64,000 bases of DNA, taken from assembly GCA_038227875.1 (NCBI GenBank), contig JBBRPR010000002.1:43316-107315 (forward strand). The letters run 5' to 3'. A program made the position numbers and the translations under genes. This document shows, in pieces, positions 37,461 to 46,948 of the stretch (position 1 is its first letter; every line of letters begins with the position of its first letter). Source of the DNA: Planctomycetota bacterium (GTDB lineage Bacteria > Planctomycetota > SZUA-567 > H5-PLA8). The notes below the pieces were generated by a model that was not told the DNA's origin, searched no databases, and worked only from the letters and a program-made list of their open reading frames with translations.

Positions 37461-38834
37461 TTGAGTGCTGTGCTGTTGGTCGAAGACGAAGAAGATCTGC
37501 GCAAGGAATTGGCCGAAGCGCTGACGGATCTCGGCTATAAAGTCATTACTGCCGGCGATGGCATCTCGGCGCTGGATGAACTGCGCAAGCAGGACGTCCA
37601 GATTGTGCTCACCGACATCCGCATGCCCAAGATGGATGGGCTGGAATTGCTCCGCCGGGGCCGCGAAATCGCGCCGGACGCGTTCTTCATCGTGATGACT
37701 GCGTTTGGCTCGATGGACACCGCCATCGACGCGCTGCGCTCCGGGGCGACCGATTACCTGCTCAAACCCGTCACCATCGAAGACCTCGCATCGAAGGTCA
37801 ACCGACTCGTCGAGACCGCCGCGCTACAGATCACCAATAAGATGCTCAGGCGCGATCTGGACCGGAAGCTCGGGTCGCTGGAAATGATCGGCCAGAGCCC
37901 GGCGCTGGAAAAAGTCCGCCAGTTGATCCGCAAAGTCGCGCCGACGCGTTCGCCGGTGCTGATCACCGGCGAGTCGGGCACCGGCAAGGAACTGATTGCG
38001 CGCGCCATTCACGCACTGGCCGCGCCCAAGGGCGAACCGTTTGTCCCGGTGAATTGCGCCGCGATTCCGGAGCAGTTGCTGGAATCGGAATTGTTCGGGC
38101 ATCAGAAGGGCTCCTTCACCGGCGCCGTCGGCGATACGGACGGCATGTTCCGCTCTGCGCGCAAGGGCACGCTGTTTCTCGACGAAATCGGCGAAATGCC
38201 ACTCTCGCTCCAGACCAAGCTGCTCCGCGTGCTCGAAGACAAGATGATCCATCCGGTGGGGTCGACGAAATTCATTCCGTTTGAGGCCCGCGTGGTGGCC
38301 GCGACGAATAAGAATCTCAAAGCCGAGATCGAGAAGAAGACCTTCCGTGAGGATCTCTATTACCGGCTGGCGGTGATGGAATTGTACTCCCCGGCGTTGC
38401 GCGACCGGCAGGAGGATATTCCGCTGCTGGTCAATCATCTCCTGCGAAAATTCAACCGGGAGCTCCATCGCAACTACACCGGCGTCAACGACGCGGGCAT
38501 GGATCTGCTGCAGCGGTCGGTCTGGAAGGGCAACATCCGCGAACTGCAGAACACGATCGAACGGGCCATGATTGTGGGCGACGAGCCGTTGCTGCGCGAG
38601 ACGGATTTCACCGCGACCGGAGGTGAAGGCACTGCGGCGATGTTGACTCAGGCCACCGACTTGAAAGAAGCGATCACGCATTTTGAGCGCGCCCATGTCC
38701 AGCGCGTGTTGAACAATTGTGCGGGAGACAAGCGGAAGGCCGCGGAACTCCTGGGCATTTCGCTTTCGTCGCTGTACCGCCATCTCGGTGAAAAGGGCGA
38801 TGCTCCCGCTGAAAAACCGGCGGCGGGAGTCTGA
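37461..38834 (+). CDS. NtrC/AtoC-family sigma-54-dependent response regulator
   Basis: REC (LTDIRMP), GESGTGKE, ESELFGH, GSFTGA, LFLDEIGE, FREDLYYRL, Fis-type HTH. TTG start with GGAG RBS. Confidence 0.96.
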   Translation: MSAVLLVEDEEDLRKELAEALTDLGYKVITAGDGISALDELRKQDVQIVLTDIRMPKMDGLELLRRGREIAPDAFFIVMTAFGSMDTAIDALRSGATDYLLKPVTIEDLASKVNRLVETAALQITNKMLRRDLDRKLGSLEMIGQSPALEKVRQLIRKVAPTRSPVLITGESGTGKELIARAIHALAAPKGEPFVPVNCAAIPEQLLESELFGHQKGSFTGAVGDTDGMFRSARKGTLFLDEIGEMPLSLQTKLLRVLEDKMIHPVGSTKFIPFEARVVAATNKNLKAEIEKKTFREDLYYRLAVMELYSPALRDRQEDIPLLVNHLLRKFNRELHRNYTGVNDAGMDLLQRSVWKGNIRELQNTIERAMIVGDEPLLRETDFTATGGEGTAAMLTQATDLKEAITHFERAHVQRVLNNCAGDKRKAAELLGISLSSLYRHLGEKGDAPAEKPAAGV

Positions 38835-38880
38835 CACTAGACCTCCGGGCCAGCTGGCCCGAAGGGACACACCAGTACTA

Positions 38881-39038
38881 CAGGCAAATTTGCCTGAGGG
38901 TCCGCTTCTATTCCGATGGGAAATTTTCCATTGGTTAAGGCACCCATTCCCCATGGTCACGTGGCGCCTTATTTTTTTAACCTGGGGACGGATTCGTCCC
39001 CAGGTGTCTAATTCTGACCATCCGGTAAATTTACCGGA
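38881..39038. promoter_or_regulatory. Three GG-N-AAATTT-N-CC palindromic sites
   Basis: CAGGCAAATTTGCCTG (38881-38896), TGGGAAATTTTCCA (38917-38930), TCCGGTAAATTTACCGGA (39021-39038). Confidence 0.65.
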
Positions 39039-39258
39039 AGGTATGTCCGTTCTCGATTCTGCGAATTGCGAATTCGACGCGACCAGCGAAAGTCTTCTCA
39101 AAACTGAAGCGTACTTTCTCAAACGTGCGTGAATGCTCGTCCGAATAAACATTTTTTTTCCTCATAACTTAAATAATCAAAATGGTTTGCGAATTTCGAC
39201 CGCGGCGCGCTGGCATGGCATGGCTCGTGTTTACCGTTGTATATAAAGGAGTCGACTC

Positions 39259-39735
39259 ATGCTGCGCGATCCGTTGGCCCATACACCTCACCCGCATGTA
39301 CTTTTGGCGGAAGACGATCCCGATCAGTCTGAAATGCTGAAAGATGTGCTGGAAAGCGAAGGTTATGAAGTCGACACCGCTTTCAGCGGCGATGCGGCGT
39401 GGCATAAGCTCAATTCTCGCGTCTACAACCTGGTCCTTCTCGACGTGCGCATGCCCGGGCTCAACGGTTCGGAAGTTCTCCGTCTCTACCGCAAGGCCGA
39501 AAAAGGAACTCATACGCCGGTCGTGATTGTTTCCGCCTTCGCCACGGAAGCGCAGGCGCGAGAGTACAGTCGGGATGGTGCAGACCGCATTTATTCGAAA
39601 CCGTATGAAATCGAGGAACTGCTCAAAGGCATTCGCGAATTGATCGCCAGAAGCTATACCGCGCCGGCCAAGGGCAATGGCGACGGCAATGTAGCTCCGC
39701 CGGCCTCGAATGGAGCAACGCCATGGAAACAGTGA
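39259..39735 (+). CDS. Single-domain response regulator
   Basis: LLAEDD, LLDVRMPG, IVSA, SKP. AAGGAG RBS. Confidence 0.92.
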   Translation: MLRDPLAHTPHPHVLLAEDDPDQSEMLKDVLESEGYEVDTAFSGDAAWHKLNSRVYNLVLLDVRMPGLNGSEVLRLYRKAEKGTHTPVVIVSAFATEAQAREYSRDGADRIYSKPYEIEELLKGIRELIARSYTAPAKGNGDGNVAPPASNGATPWKQ

Positions 39736-40898
39736 CGACGCCCTGTCCCTCGCGCGAACCTGAATTTCATCGCAACGCGGTGATGGAATTCCTGGCCGCA
39801 TTGCGCAATCCATTGACGTACTCCCCGTTGCTGAACACGGAAGTGATTTTTGGCTTCCTCTGGGGCTTGCCGATCCCGTTTTTCGTATTGCTGATTCACG
39901 CCTATGCGGCGGGCCTGCCGTGGACCTTCGCGGCGTTGTGGGACGTGGATGTGACCAACCCGCTCTACATTTTCTTCTTCCTTCACCCGCTCCTCTTCGC
40001 CGCGGTCTTTGGCGCACTGGGTACGATGCGCGCGCACCGCGAACTGCGGATCCAGGGCCTGTTACAGCAAGTCAAGTTGCACTGCGAGGAACTGGAACGG
40101 GCCAACCACCGGCTGGAAGAACTGGATCGCCTGAAATCTGAATTTCTCGCCAATGTCACGCATGAATTGAAATCCCCGCTGGTTACTTCACTGGGCTACA
40201 CCGACCGCATGCTGATGGGGCATCTGGGCGACGTGAACGAGAAGCAGAAGAGGGGCTTGGAGGTCAGCAAGCGCAACCTCACCCGGCTGCGCACACTGAT
40301 CGACGAGATCCTCGATTTCTCCAAGCTCGAATCCGGCATGGCGAATTTCCACATGGAGCCAACCACGCTCAACGCGGCGATTCAAGCGGCCGTGGAAAGC
40401 GCCTCGCTGAAGGCGCGCGATCGGCGGATCAACATCGACGTCGAAAGCCCTGCCGCGCCTGCCGCGGTACGGGGCGACGCGTCCAAACTGCTGCAACTGG
40501 TCGTCAATCTGCTCGACAACGCGATTAAATTTTCGCCCGAAGACAGCCGCATCCTGATCAAAGTTGAACCTATCGACGGCATGTGGCGTTTGAGTGTCAT
40601 CGACAACGGCTGTGGAATTCCCGCTGAGAAAATGCCGCAACTCTTCCAGCGCTTCTTCCAGGTCGATGGTTCGCTGGGCCGCGTGCACGAAGGCTTCGGA
40701 CTTGGACTCGTGATCGTGCGGAAAATCGTCGAAGGCCATGGCGGTAAAGTCTGGGTGGAAAGCCGCACCGGGTCGAACTCCGGAACCAGCATCATCCTAG
40801 AATTACCAAAAGTGGATGCCTCTCTGCCGGGCTGTGCCAGCCCGGTCCTGCAGGATACGGAAAAGGAGGTGGCAAATGCCGCGAATACTAATCACTGA
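39723..40898 (+). CDS. Membrane sensor histidine kinase
   Basis: Two TM helices, FLANVTHELKSPL, NLLDNAIKF, DNGCGI, GFGLGL. Confidence 0.93.
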   Translation: METVTTPCPSREPEFHRNAVMEFLAALRNPLTYSPLLNTEVIFGFLWGLPIPFFVLLIHAYAAGLPWTFAALWDVDVTNPLYIFFFLHPLLFAAVFGALGTMRAHRELRIQGLLQQVKLHCEELERANHRLEELDRLKSEFLANVTHELKSPLVTSLGYTDRMLMGHLGDVNEKQKRGLEVSKRNLTRLRTLIDEILDFSKLESGMANFHMEPTTLNAAIQAAVESASLKARDRRINIDVESPAAPAAVRGDASKLLQLVVNLLDNAIKFSPEDSRILIKVEPIDGMWRLSVIDNGCGIPAEKMPQLFQRFFQVDGSLGRVHEGFGLGLVIVRKIVEGHGGKVWVESRTGSNSGTSIILELPKVDASLPGCASPVLQDTEKEVANAANTNH

Positions 40899-41346
40899 GG
40901 ACCAGGAAGATCAGCGCGATCTCTACCACGACGTCTTATCGGATGCGGGTTACGAAGTGTGGGACGCGTGGAATGCCACGGAAGCGATGGAGCTGTTCCA
41001 ACGCTATCATCCCGACATCGTGGTGCTTGATATCCAGATGCCCGGGATGGACGGGATCGAAGCGCTCGGGAAAATTGTGGCAAAGGACCGCCGCATTCCG
41101 GTGATTTTCTACAGCGCCTATCCCAACTACAAATCGAACTTCCTGACCTGGGCCGCGGATACCTTTGTGGTCAAGACCGGCAATCCGCTGGAACTGGTCT
41201 TCGCCGTGCGCGCTGTCTCTGAGGAGCACGGCATTGAAGTTCCGGCGCAGTGCAAGGAGTTGCTCAAGAACTACGAACCGCCGCTGGAAAAGCCCGTTGC
41301 GCCCAAGACCGATACCAGTGGCATGCCGTGGGGCAATCCGGAATAG
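40876..41346 (+). CDS. Single-domain response regulator
   Basis: AGGAGG RBS with ATG 40876; ILITEDQ, VLDIQMPGMDG, FYSA, VVK. Confidence 0.92.
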   Translation: MPRILITEDQEDQRDLYHDVLSDAGYEVWDAWNATEAMELFQRYHPDIVVLDIQMPGMDGIEALGKIVAKDRRIPVIFYSAYPNYKSNFLTWAADTFVVKTGNPLELVFAVRAVSEEHGIEVPAQCKELLKNYEPPLEKPVAPKTDTSGMPWGNPE

Positions 41347-41410
41347 GATACCACTCCGGAGCAGGACATCAGCGTCGTGGAAGCGGCACGGTGGCCAACT
41401 GGCCACCGTG

Positions 41411-42805
41411 TTATTCTATTCCCGCCAGGCGCCGCGCGGCCGCCAGCAGCATCCGGCTTTCCTGCCGGTTGCCGGGTCCATGCGGCAGCAGCGAAACCAG
41501 ATCAAGCAGCAACCCGATATCATCAAGCGTTCCCAGCCGCCCGACCATGGCGATGGCGGTGTAACGGACGGCCGTGCTGCCGTCGGCCAATTCCAGCCTG
41601 AAATGGTGGAGCGCTTTTTCGCGCAGCGCCGGATCGTTGAGTATCTCGGCAATCTGTTCGTGCAATTGCTCGCGGCAATCGGCCTCCGCGCCGGAAATCC
41701 AATCGCGCTCCGAACCACCGGCCCCGCGGGAGCCCACGCCATGTTGTCGCAGCAGGCGCAGTGCCTTCGAGATGTAGACGATGTTCACGTAGAATGTTTT
41801 CACGACATCGTCTGAAACAAACAGCCGGTGGTCGAGGCGCGCGGCGTAGTCGTCCAGCGCCTGGCCGTTGTGTTCGATTATGTTCTGCCCGTACATATCG
41901 ATCGTCCTGCCTGCATCGCCGCTGCACAAGTCGCTCCAAAGAGTGTCCAGCAGTGGCAGCGGTTCTCCCGGCGTTTTCCGGACGGTAGGCACCGGATGCA
42001 GCACGCGGTGCGCGCTGGCGGCGACGTCCCGTTCGTGGCCATCCGCGTGGGCCCCGACGCTGTGATGAATCAGGATCGCGCGGCGGTCCACGAACAGGCG
42101 TGCGTTTCCGCCGGCATCCACGCTCAGCCGTTCTCCGGATGAAGAGGCGGACGCAGCGCGCGCTTCAGTGTTGTGTTCTTCGAGTTCCTCGACCATGTAG
42201 TCGACCGTGTCGCGCGGGTCGGAATGGGAGAGCACCTGCCACATGCTGCGGACGTAACCGCCGGCCAGCCGTGGAATTTCGCCGGGAACTTTTCCGATTT
42301 CGGTGAAGAGCAATTCCGGCGCGCGATCGACGGCCTGCTTCACGGCTTGTCGCAGCACCAGTCCGAGGTCGGCGCGGAGCACCGTCATCAGCGCGCCGCG
42401 CGGGCGCGGAGCAGGTCGTGTCAGCGGCGCGACCGGTTCTGGCAACGCTGCCAGATTCTGTTGCGTGCGCTGTGCGTTGATGTCGAACTGCGGATTAATT
42501 CGAGCGATGTCCTGGATCACCGGTTCGAGCCGCTGCTGTGCCTGCCAATCCAGTTTTTCGCGCAGGAAGGTCAGCGGGCGGGTGAGATTCATCAGGAAGC
42601 GCTTCTTCGGAACGGCCGAGGGTTCTGTCGCCGGAAAGCGCGCCTGCTTTGCCGCCACCGCACTGCTCTTATGCTTCTTCAATAGCGCCTGGAGCAATTC
42701 GCACTGCTCCTTGCGAACGATTGGATCGAGTGCCGGCGCTGACGCGTCCAGCAACATCCGCCGGATCTCCCAGCTTTTATAAAGGGACTGTGCCTTCATA
42801 ACCAT
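41411..42805 (-). CDS. Hypothetical protein with C-terminal HEAT-like repeat (paralog of 42901-43935)
   Basis: SWEIRRMLL N-terminus; LADGSTAVRYTAIAMVGRLGTLDDIGLLLDL. Confidence 0.8.
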   Translation of the reverse strand: MVMKAQSLYKSWEIRRMLLDASAPALDPIVRKEQCELLQALLKKHKSSAVAAKQARFPATEPSAVPKKRFLMNLTRPLTFLREKLDWQAQQRLEPVIQDIARINPQFDINAQRTQQNLAALPEPVAPLTRPAPRPRGALMTVLRADLGLVLRQAVKQAVDRAPELLFTEIGKVPGEIPRLAGGYVRSMWQVLSHSDPRDTVDYMVEELEEHNTEARAASASSSGERLSVDAGGNARLFVDRRAILIHHSVGAHADGHERDVAASAHRVLHPVPTVRKTPGEPLPLLDTLWSDLCSGDAGRTIDMYGQNIIEHNGQALDDYAARLDHRLFVSDDVVKTFYVNIVYISKALRLLRQHGVGSRGAGGSERDWISGAEADCREQLHEQIAEILNDPALREKALHHFRLELADGSTAVRYTAIAMVGRLGTLDDIGLLLDLVSLLPHGPGNRQESRMLLAAARRLAGIE

Positions 42806-42900
42806 TCATACACCTCTGAGTGCTAACACAACCACTCAACAGACGGGTACGCCACACTCTCTTTCAAAATAAAATGCACGAGTGTTGGTGAAGAACGGAG

Positions 42901-43935
42901 TCAAGCCGCGGCGAGTTTCTGTGCAGCATTGAGTAGCACGTTGCGCTCGGAAGGATCTTCGTCGGCCTGGCGGGGGAGAGCGGCGAGGTCCAGCAGCAGA
43001 CCCACATCGTGAAGCGTGCCGATTTCGCTGAGCAGCTTTGTCGCTTCGAGCCGCACGGAGGCGTGGCTGTCGGCGAGGTATGGACGCAGATGCGACAACG
43101 CGCTTTTGCGCATCAATTCGCTCAGGCTGATCAGGCGCAGCACATCTGAAACGGGATCCGGTCCCGCCAGCGCGGCGAGCCGATCGCGCCACGCCATCAA
43201 CGCGTAAACGGGAACACTGGCGTTGATGCATTGATTGAGCAATTCAGCCGGCAGCGTCTCGCGCATTAGCGGATTGCTGCACTGTTCAAAGAGGTACGTC
43301 ACCGCGCGTTCCGGCAGCGCTTTGCCCAACTGCAACGCGGTGCGAATGCGGCTGAAGGTAACCGAGGGCGGATCGCCGGCCTTGATCGCCGAGTGAATGC
43401 GTCCCCACGCCAGCCGCTGCCGGTAGGTGATGCCCACAAACTGCTGCTGTGGTGTCTGGTTCTGCAGCAGCGCGCGCGGGGTGCTCTTGTCCGGAGTCCA
43501 ACCGATGCCACCCCGCTCGGAGGCTTCCGCGTCATGAATCGTGCGGGGCAGGGCTTCGCCGGTGTCGGGCATCGCGGAGAAGAGCGGATCATTGAAGATG
43601 CCATCGCCCGGTGCCGCTGCGCTGGCCTGCGGATCGAGATTGGAGATGCGCTTGAGGATCCGGTTGGCTCGGCTGCTGGCTTCCGCTTCGTTTTTCACGC
43701 CCGAGACAATGCCGCGGCCGAGGTGCTCGTGGACGACAATCGCGCGCCGGTCGACGCGCATTTCCATGCGTGCGGGAAAGGTGGCCGGCGCATTTGCAGC
43801 CGGATCGCCGCGGTAACGCTTCAGGAGAAAATCGAGAATCTGCTTCTGGCTCTGCGCCACCGCCGCGTCAATTGGCCGGGAGTTGCTCTCCAGCAGTTGC
43901 CGCCGTAGTTCCCAGCTCTCGAGGAGGGTTTGCAT
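42901..43935 (-). CDS. Hypothetical protein with C-terminal HEAT-like repeat (paralog of 41411-42805)
   Basis: SWELRRQLL N-terminus; LADSHASVRLEATKLLSEIGTLHDVGLLLDL. Confidence 0.8.
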   Translation of the reverse strand: MQTLLESWELRRQLLESNSRPIDAAVAQSQKQILDFLLKRYRGDPAANAPATFPARMEMRVDRRAIVVHEHLGRGIVSGVKNEAEASSRANRILKRISNLDPQASAAAPGDGIFNDPLFSAMPDTGEALPRTIHDAEASERGGIGWTPDKSTPRALLQNQTPQQQFVGITYRQRLAWGRIHSAIKAGDPPSVTFSRIRTALQLGKALPERAVTYLFEQCSNPLMRETLPAELLNQCINASVPVYALMAWRDRLAALAGPDPVSDVLRLISLSELMRKSALSHLRPYLADSHASVRLEATKLLSEIGTLHDVGLLLDLAALPRQADEDPSERNVLLNAAQKLAAA

Positions 43936-43987
43936 GGGTTGACTCGGTTACGCCTTTACTAAACCGCATTCACTTCGTTGGGGATGT

Positions 43988-44127
43988 AACAGATGGGATC
44001 GGGGATCGGGCATCGGTCGTTCGGAATATCACTCGTACGAATTATCGCCAATGCAGCGGGTGACACTCAATTTTCCGCGCTCACCCACTGACCGATGCCT
44101 GATGCCTAATCCCCGATCCCATCTGTT
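43988..44127. repeat. Long inverted-repeat element, copy A (GGATCGG/GCATCGG units)
   Basis: AACAGATGGGATCGGGGATCGGGCATCGGTC..GACCGATGCCTGATGCCTAATCCCCGATCCCATCTGTT. Confidence 0.85.
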
Positions 44128-44182
44128 CGAACACTTTTTACCACCGCGCCGGAGCACACATCCAATCCCGCGCTTCTCGCGC

Positions 44183-45808
44183 TTAGTGGCGAAAATGCCG
44201 GACGCCTGTCATCACCATCGCCACGTTGAAGCGGTCACAGGTTTCGATCACTTCTTTGTCCTTTACACTGCCGCCAGGTTGAATGATCGCGGTGACACCG
44301 GCGCGCGCGGCGGCTTCGGGGCCGTCGGGGAAGGGGAAGAAGGCATCGCTGGCCAGAACCGTGTCCTTGGCCCTGTCGCCGGCCTTCTTGATGGCAATTT
44401 CGACCGAGTCGACGCGCGACATCTGGCCGGCACCCACACCGACGACGGAACAGCCCTTCGCCAGGACGATCGCGTTGGATTTGACATGCTTGCAGACGAT
44501 CCACGAGAATTTCAGCGCGTCGAGCTCCGCCGCCGTGGGCGCGCGCTTGGTCACGGTCTTCAGATTGGCGAACTCTTCCTCCCACAGCGAGACATCGGGA
44601 CTCTGGACGAGGATGCCGCCAGGAATCGTGCGGATGTCGCGGTACTGGGCCGAGTGCGCACCGCCATTGTTGGAGCGTTTGAATTTTTCAAGCGAGCCTG
44701 CCTCGATCACGATCACATTCGCGCCCCACTTTTTCTTGGTGGTGAGCGCCTGCAGCGCATCCGGCGTGATGCTCGGCGCAACGATGGCGTCGACTTTGAA
44801 GCCCGACGCGCCGAGAATCGCTTCGGCGATGTCGAGCGTCAGCGGGCGGTTCATCCCCAGCACACCGCCGAACGCCGACAGCGGGTCGCCGGCGTACGCT
44901 TCCAGATAGGCGTTGATCAGCGTGTCGCTGGTCGCGACGCCGCAGGGGTTGTTGTGTTTGACGACGGAAACCGCCGGCGTGGAGAACTCCTTCACGATTT
45001 CGAAGGCGGTGTTCAGGTCGAGAACATTGTTGAAGCCGACTTCCTTGCCCCACACCTGCTTGCCGCCGGCGACGCTGGGTTCGTTGAAGCCGGGGAGCGC
45101 GTAAATCGCCGCGCCTTTCTGATGCGGATTTTCGCCATAACGCAGCGCCTGCTTCAGCGCGCCGCTGACGCTCACGGTCTGCGGGGCGTCGCCTTCGCCG
45201 AGGCTCTCGAGGTACGCGCAGATGGCGCCGTCGTAGCGGCTGGTCAGTGCGAAGACTTTCGAGGCCAGGCGCAACCGCGTGGGGCGCGTGGTGTTACCCA
45301 TCGCGCGGAGCTCGCGCAGCACCGCGGTGTAGTCACTGGGGTCGGTGATGACGGTGACCGATTCCCAGTTTTTCGCCGCCGAGCGGATCATTGACGGGCC
45401 GCCGATGTCGATCTGCTCGATCGCTTCTTCGGGCGTCACGCCGCCTTTGGCGATGGTCTGTTCGAACGGGTAGAGATTCACCACGACCAGGTCGATGGGC
45501 AGGATGCCGTGTTCTTTCGCCTGTGCCAAATGCGCGGGAAGATCGCGCCGGTAGAGCAGGCCGCCGTGGACTTTCGGGTGGAGCGTTTTAACGCGGCCGT
45601 CCATGATTTCGGGGAAGCCGGTGAGTTCGCTGATGTCCTTGACCTTCAGCCCCGCGTCGCGCAGCGCCTTGGAGGTGCCGCCGGTGGAAATCAGTTCAAC
45701 ATTCATGCCGGCCAGCGATTTGGCAAACTCGGCAATCCCGGTCTTATCGGAGACGGAAATCAGCGCACGTTGAATGGCGGCCGGGGCAGAAGAGGCAGAG
45801 GCGGACAT
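44183..45808 (-). CDS. purH: Bifunctional AICAR transformylase/IMP cyclohydrolase
   Basis: RALISVSDKTG, GRVKTLHP, IDIGGPSM, LRYGENPHQ, KHNNPCG, GAGQMSRVDS, ASDAFFPF, RHFRH. Confidence 0.97.
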   Translation of the reverse strand: MSASASSAPAAIQRALISVSDKTGIAEFAKSLAGMNVELISTGGTSKALRDAGLKVKDISELTGFPEIMDGRVKTLHPKVHGGLLYRRDLPAHLAQAKEHGILPIDLVVVNLYPFEQTIAKGGVTPEEAIEQIDIGGPSMIRSAAKNWESVTVITDPSDYTAVLRELRAMGNTTRPTRLRLASKVFALTSRYDGAICAYLESLGEGDAPQTVSVSGALKQALRYGENPHQKGAAIYALPGFNEPSVAGGKQVWGKEVGFNNVLDLNTAFEIVKEFSTPAVSVVKHNNPCGVATSDTLINAYLEAYAGDPLSAFGGVLGMNRPLTLDIAEAILGASGFKVDAIVAPSITPDALQALTTKKKWGANVIVIEAGSLEKFKRSNNGGAHSAQYRDIRTIPGGILVQSPDVSLWEEEFANLKTVTKRAPTAAELDALKFSWIVCKHVKSNAIVLAKGCSVVGVGAGQMSRVDSVEIAIKKAGDRAKDTVLASDAFFPFPDGPEAAARAGVTAIIQPGGSVKDKEVIETCDRFNVAMVMTGVRHFRH

Positions 45809-45958
45809 GGCGGATCCTTTTTGCGAAGCGGAAAACAAGGGTGAATTGACGATGCCGTCTAAGTTAACGGTCGAGGGAGAATGTTGCGAGCGATTTTAGC
45901 GGCGGGATTTCTGATCTCACGGCACACCGCGCAATGCAACGAATGGTATACGGAACAC

Positions 45959-46771
45959 TCACTTCGTTGAGGAGGCGCGGAGGGGTGTGCGCTCTTCTGA
46001 TTCAGTAGTGGAAGGAATGCTATCATGGGATGTGATGACGTGGGGGATTTCCAGTTTCTCCGTGTCCTGTGCGCGAAAGCAGGCGTCAAAGAGCAGCTTA
46101 AAACAAAGATAGTTTGCGGCCATGACGCTGAGCACCACACCACTGGCGTACACGGGAAAATGGATGGAGTTCAAGAGTGGGAACACCAGTGGCAGCACGA
46201 TCAGTCCGGCCAATGTTCCCAGCAAGGAGGCGCGTGCGCCGACCACGAGAGCGCTGAAAATTCCTTCGAACCCGCCACGCAACGGCATCGATGCGGCGAT
46301 CATCGAGCAGGCGATGGGATAGGCGACAATCAATTTCAATTCGGAGTTGGATCTGCTTTCGCTGACCACGTAAAGGATCACCATGGTGGAGAGGAGCATG
46401 GCGCCGGCGTCTTCAATCAAGGCGCGACCCATCTGCAGCACGGCCACCAGCGTGATGATTGCGAAATAGATGATGACGAACTTTAAGGCCGCGGAGGAGT
46501 CCGCCGCGTAGATCGACGCGAGCCCCGCCAGCGCGCCGACTGGCACGGCAAGGACGCTGCGGCCAAGGTCGCCGATGGCGACGGTCATCAAATAGCCATT
46601 CCCCGCGCATAAAACAATGAAGAACAGTTTGGCGGCGCGAAATAATTCACCGGGCTGATCCATCTCCGCGCCGTTGTTAAACGCGGCCATCGTGGCCACA
46701 CCCGCGATCAACGGGATGGCCATGGCCAGTGCGCCCCACGGCCAGCGTCTGAACTTCGGTTGCGAGGTCAT
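45959..46771 (-). CDS. Polytopic hypothetical membrane protein
   Basis: 270-aa ORF with about 8 hydrophobic segments. GGAG RBS. Confidence 0.75.
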   Translation of the reverse strand: MTSQPKFRRWPWGALAMAIPLIAGVATMAAFNNGAEMDQPGELFRAAKLFFIVLCAGNGYLMTVAIGDLGRSVLAVPVGALAGLASIYAADSSAALKFVIIYFAIITLVAVLQMGRALIEDAGAMLLSTMVILYVVSESRSNSELKLIVAYPIACSMIAASMPLRGGFEGIFSALVVGARASLLGTLAGLIVLPLVFPLLNSIHFPVYASGVVLSVMAANYLCFKLLFDACFRAQDTEKLEIPHVITSHDSIPSTTESEERTPLRASSTK

Positions 46772-46948
46772 GCGTCAATCTCCGCCCGGAAACAGCCACA
46801 TCTGAAACCGCCCTTTTTCCTCGAGGTCACTGAATGAAAGTACAATTTTCTTGCCTCATTATGTCGGACTTATAACTGGACAGGCGGGGCGTTTCGGGTA
46901 CACCCCAACTATCACCGTATTGCCACGTCTCCTTTTGGAGGTGTCTTG

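Noticed and set aside
38104-38130. GSFTGA instead of GAFTGA in the NtrC-type activator
   Set aside because: This is a common variant among sigma-54 activators and not evidence of sigma-54 independence.
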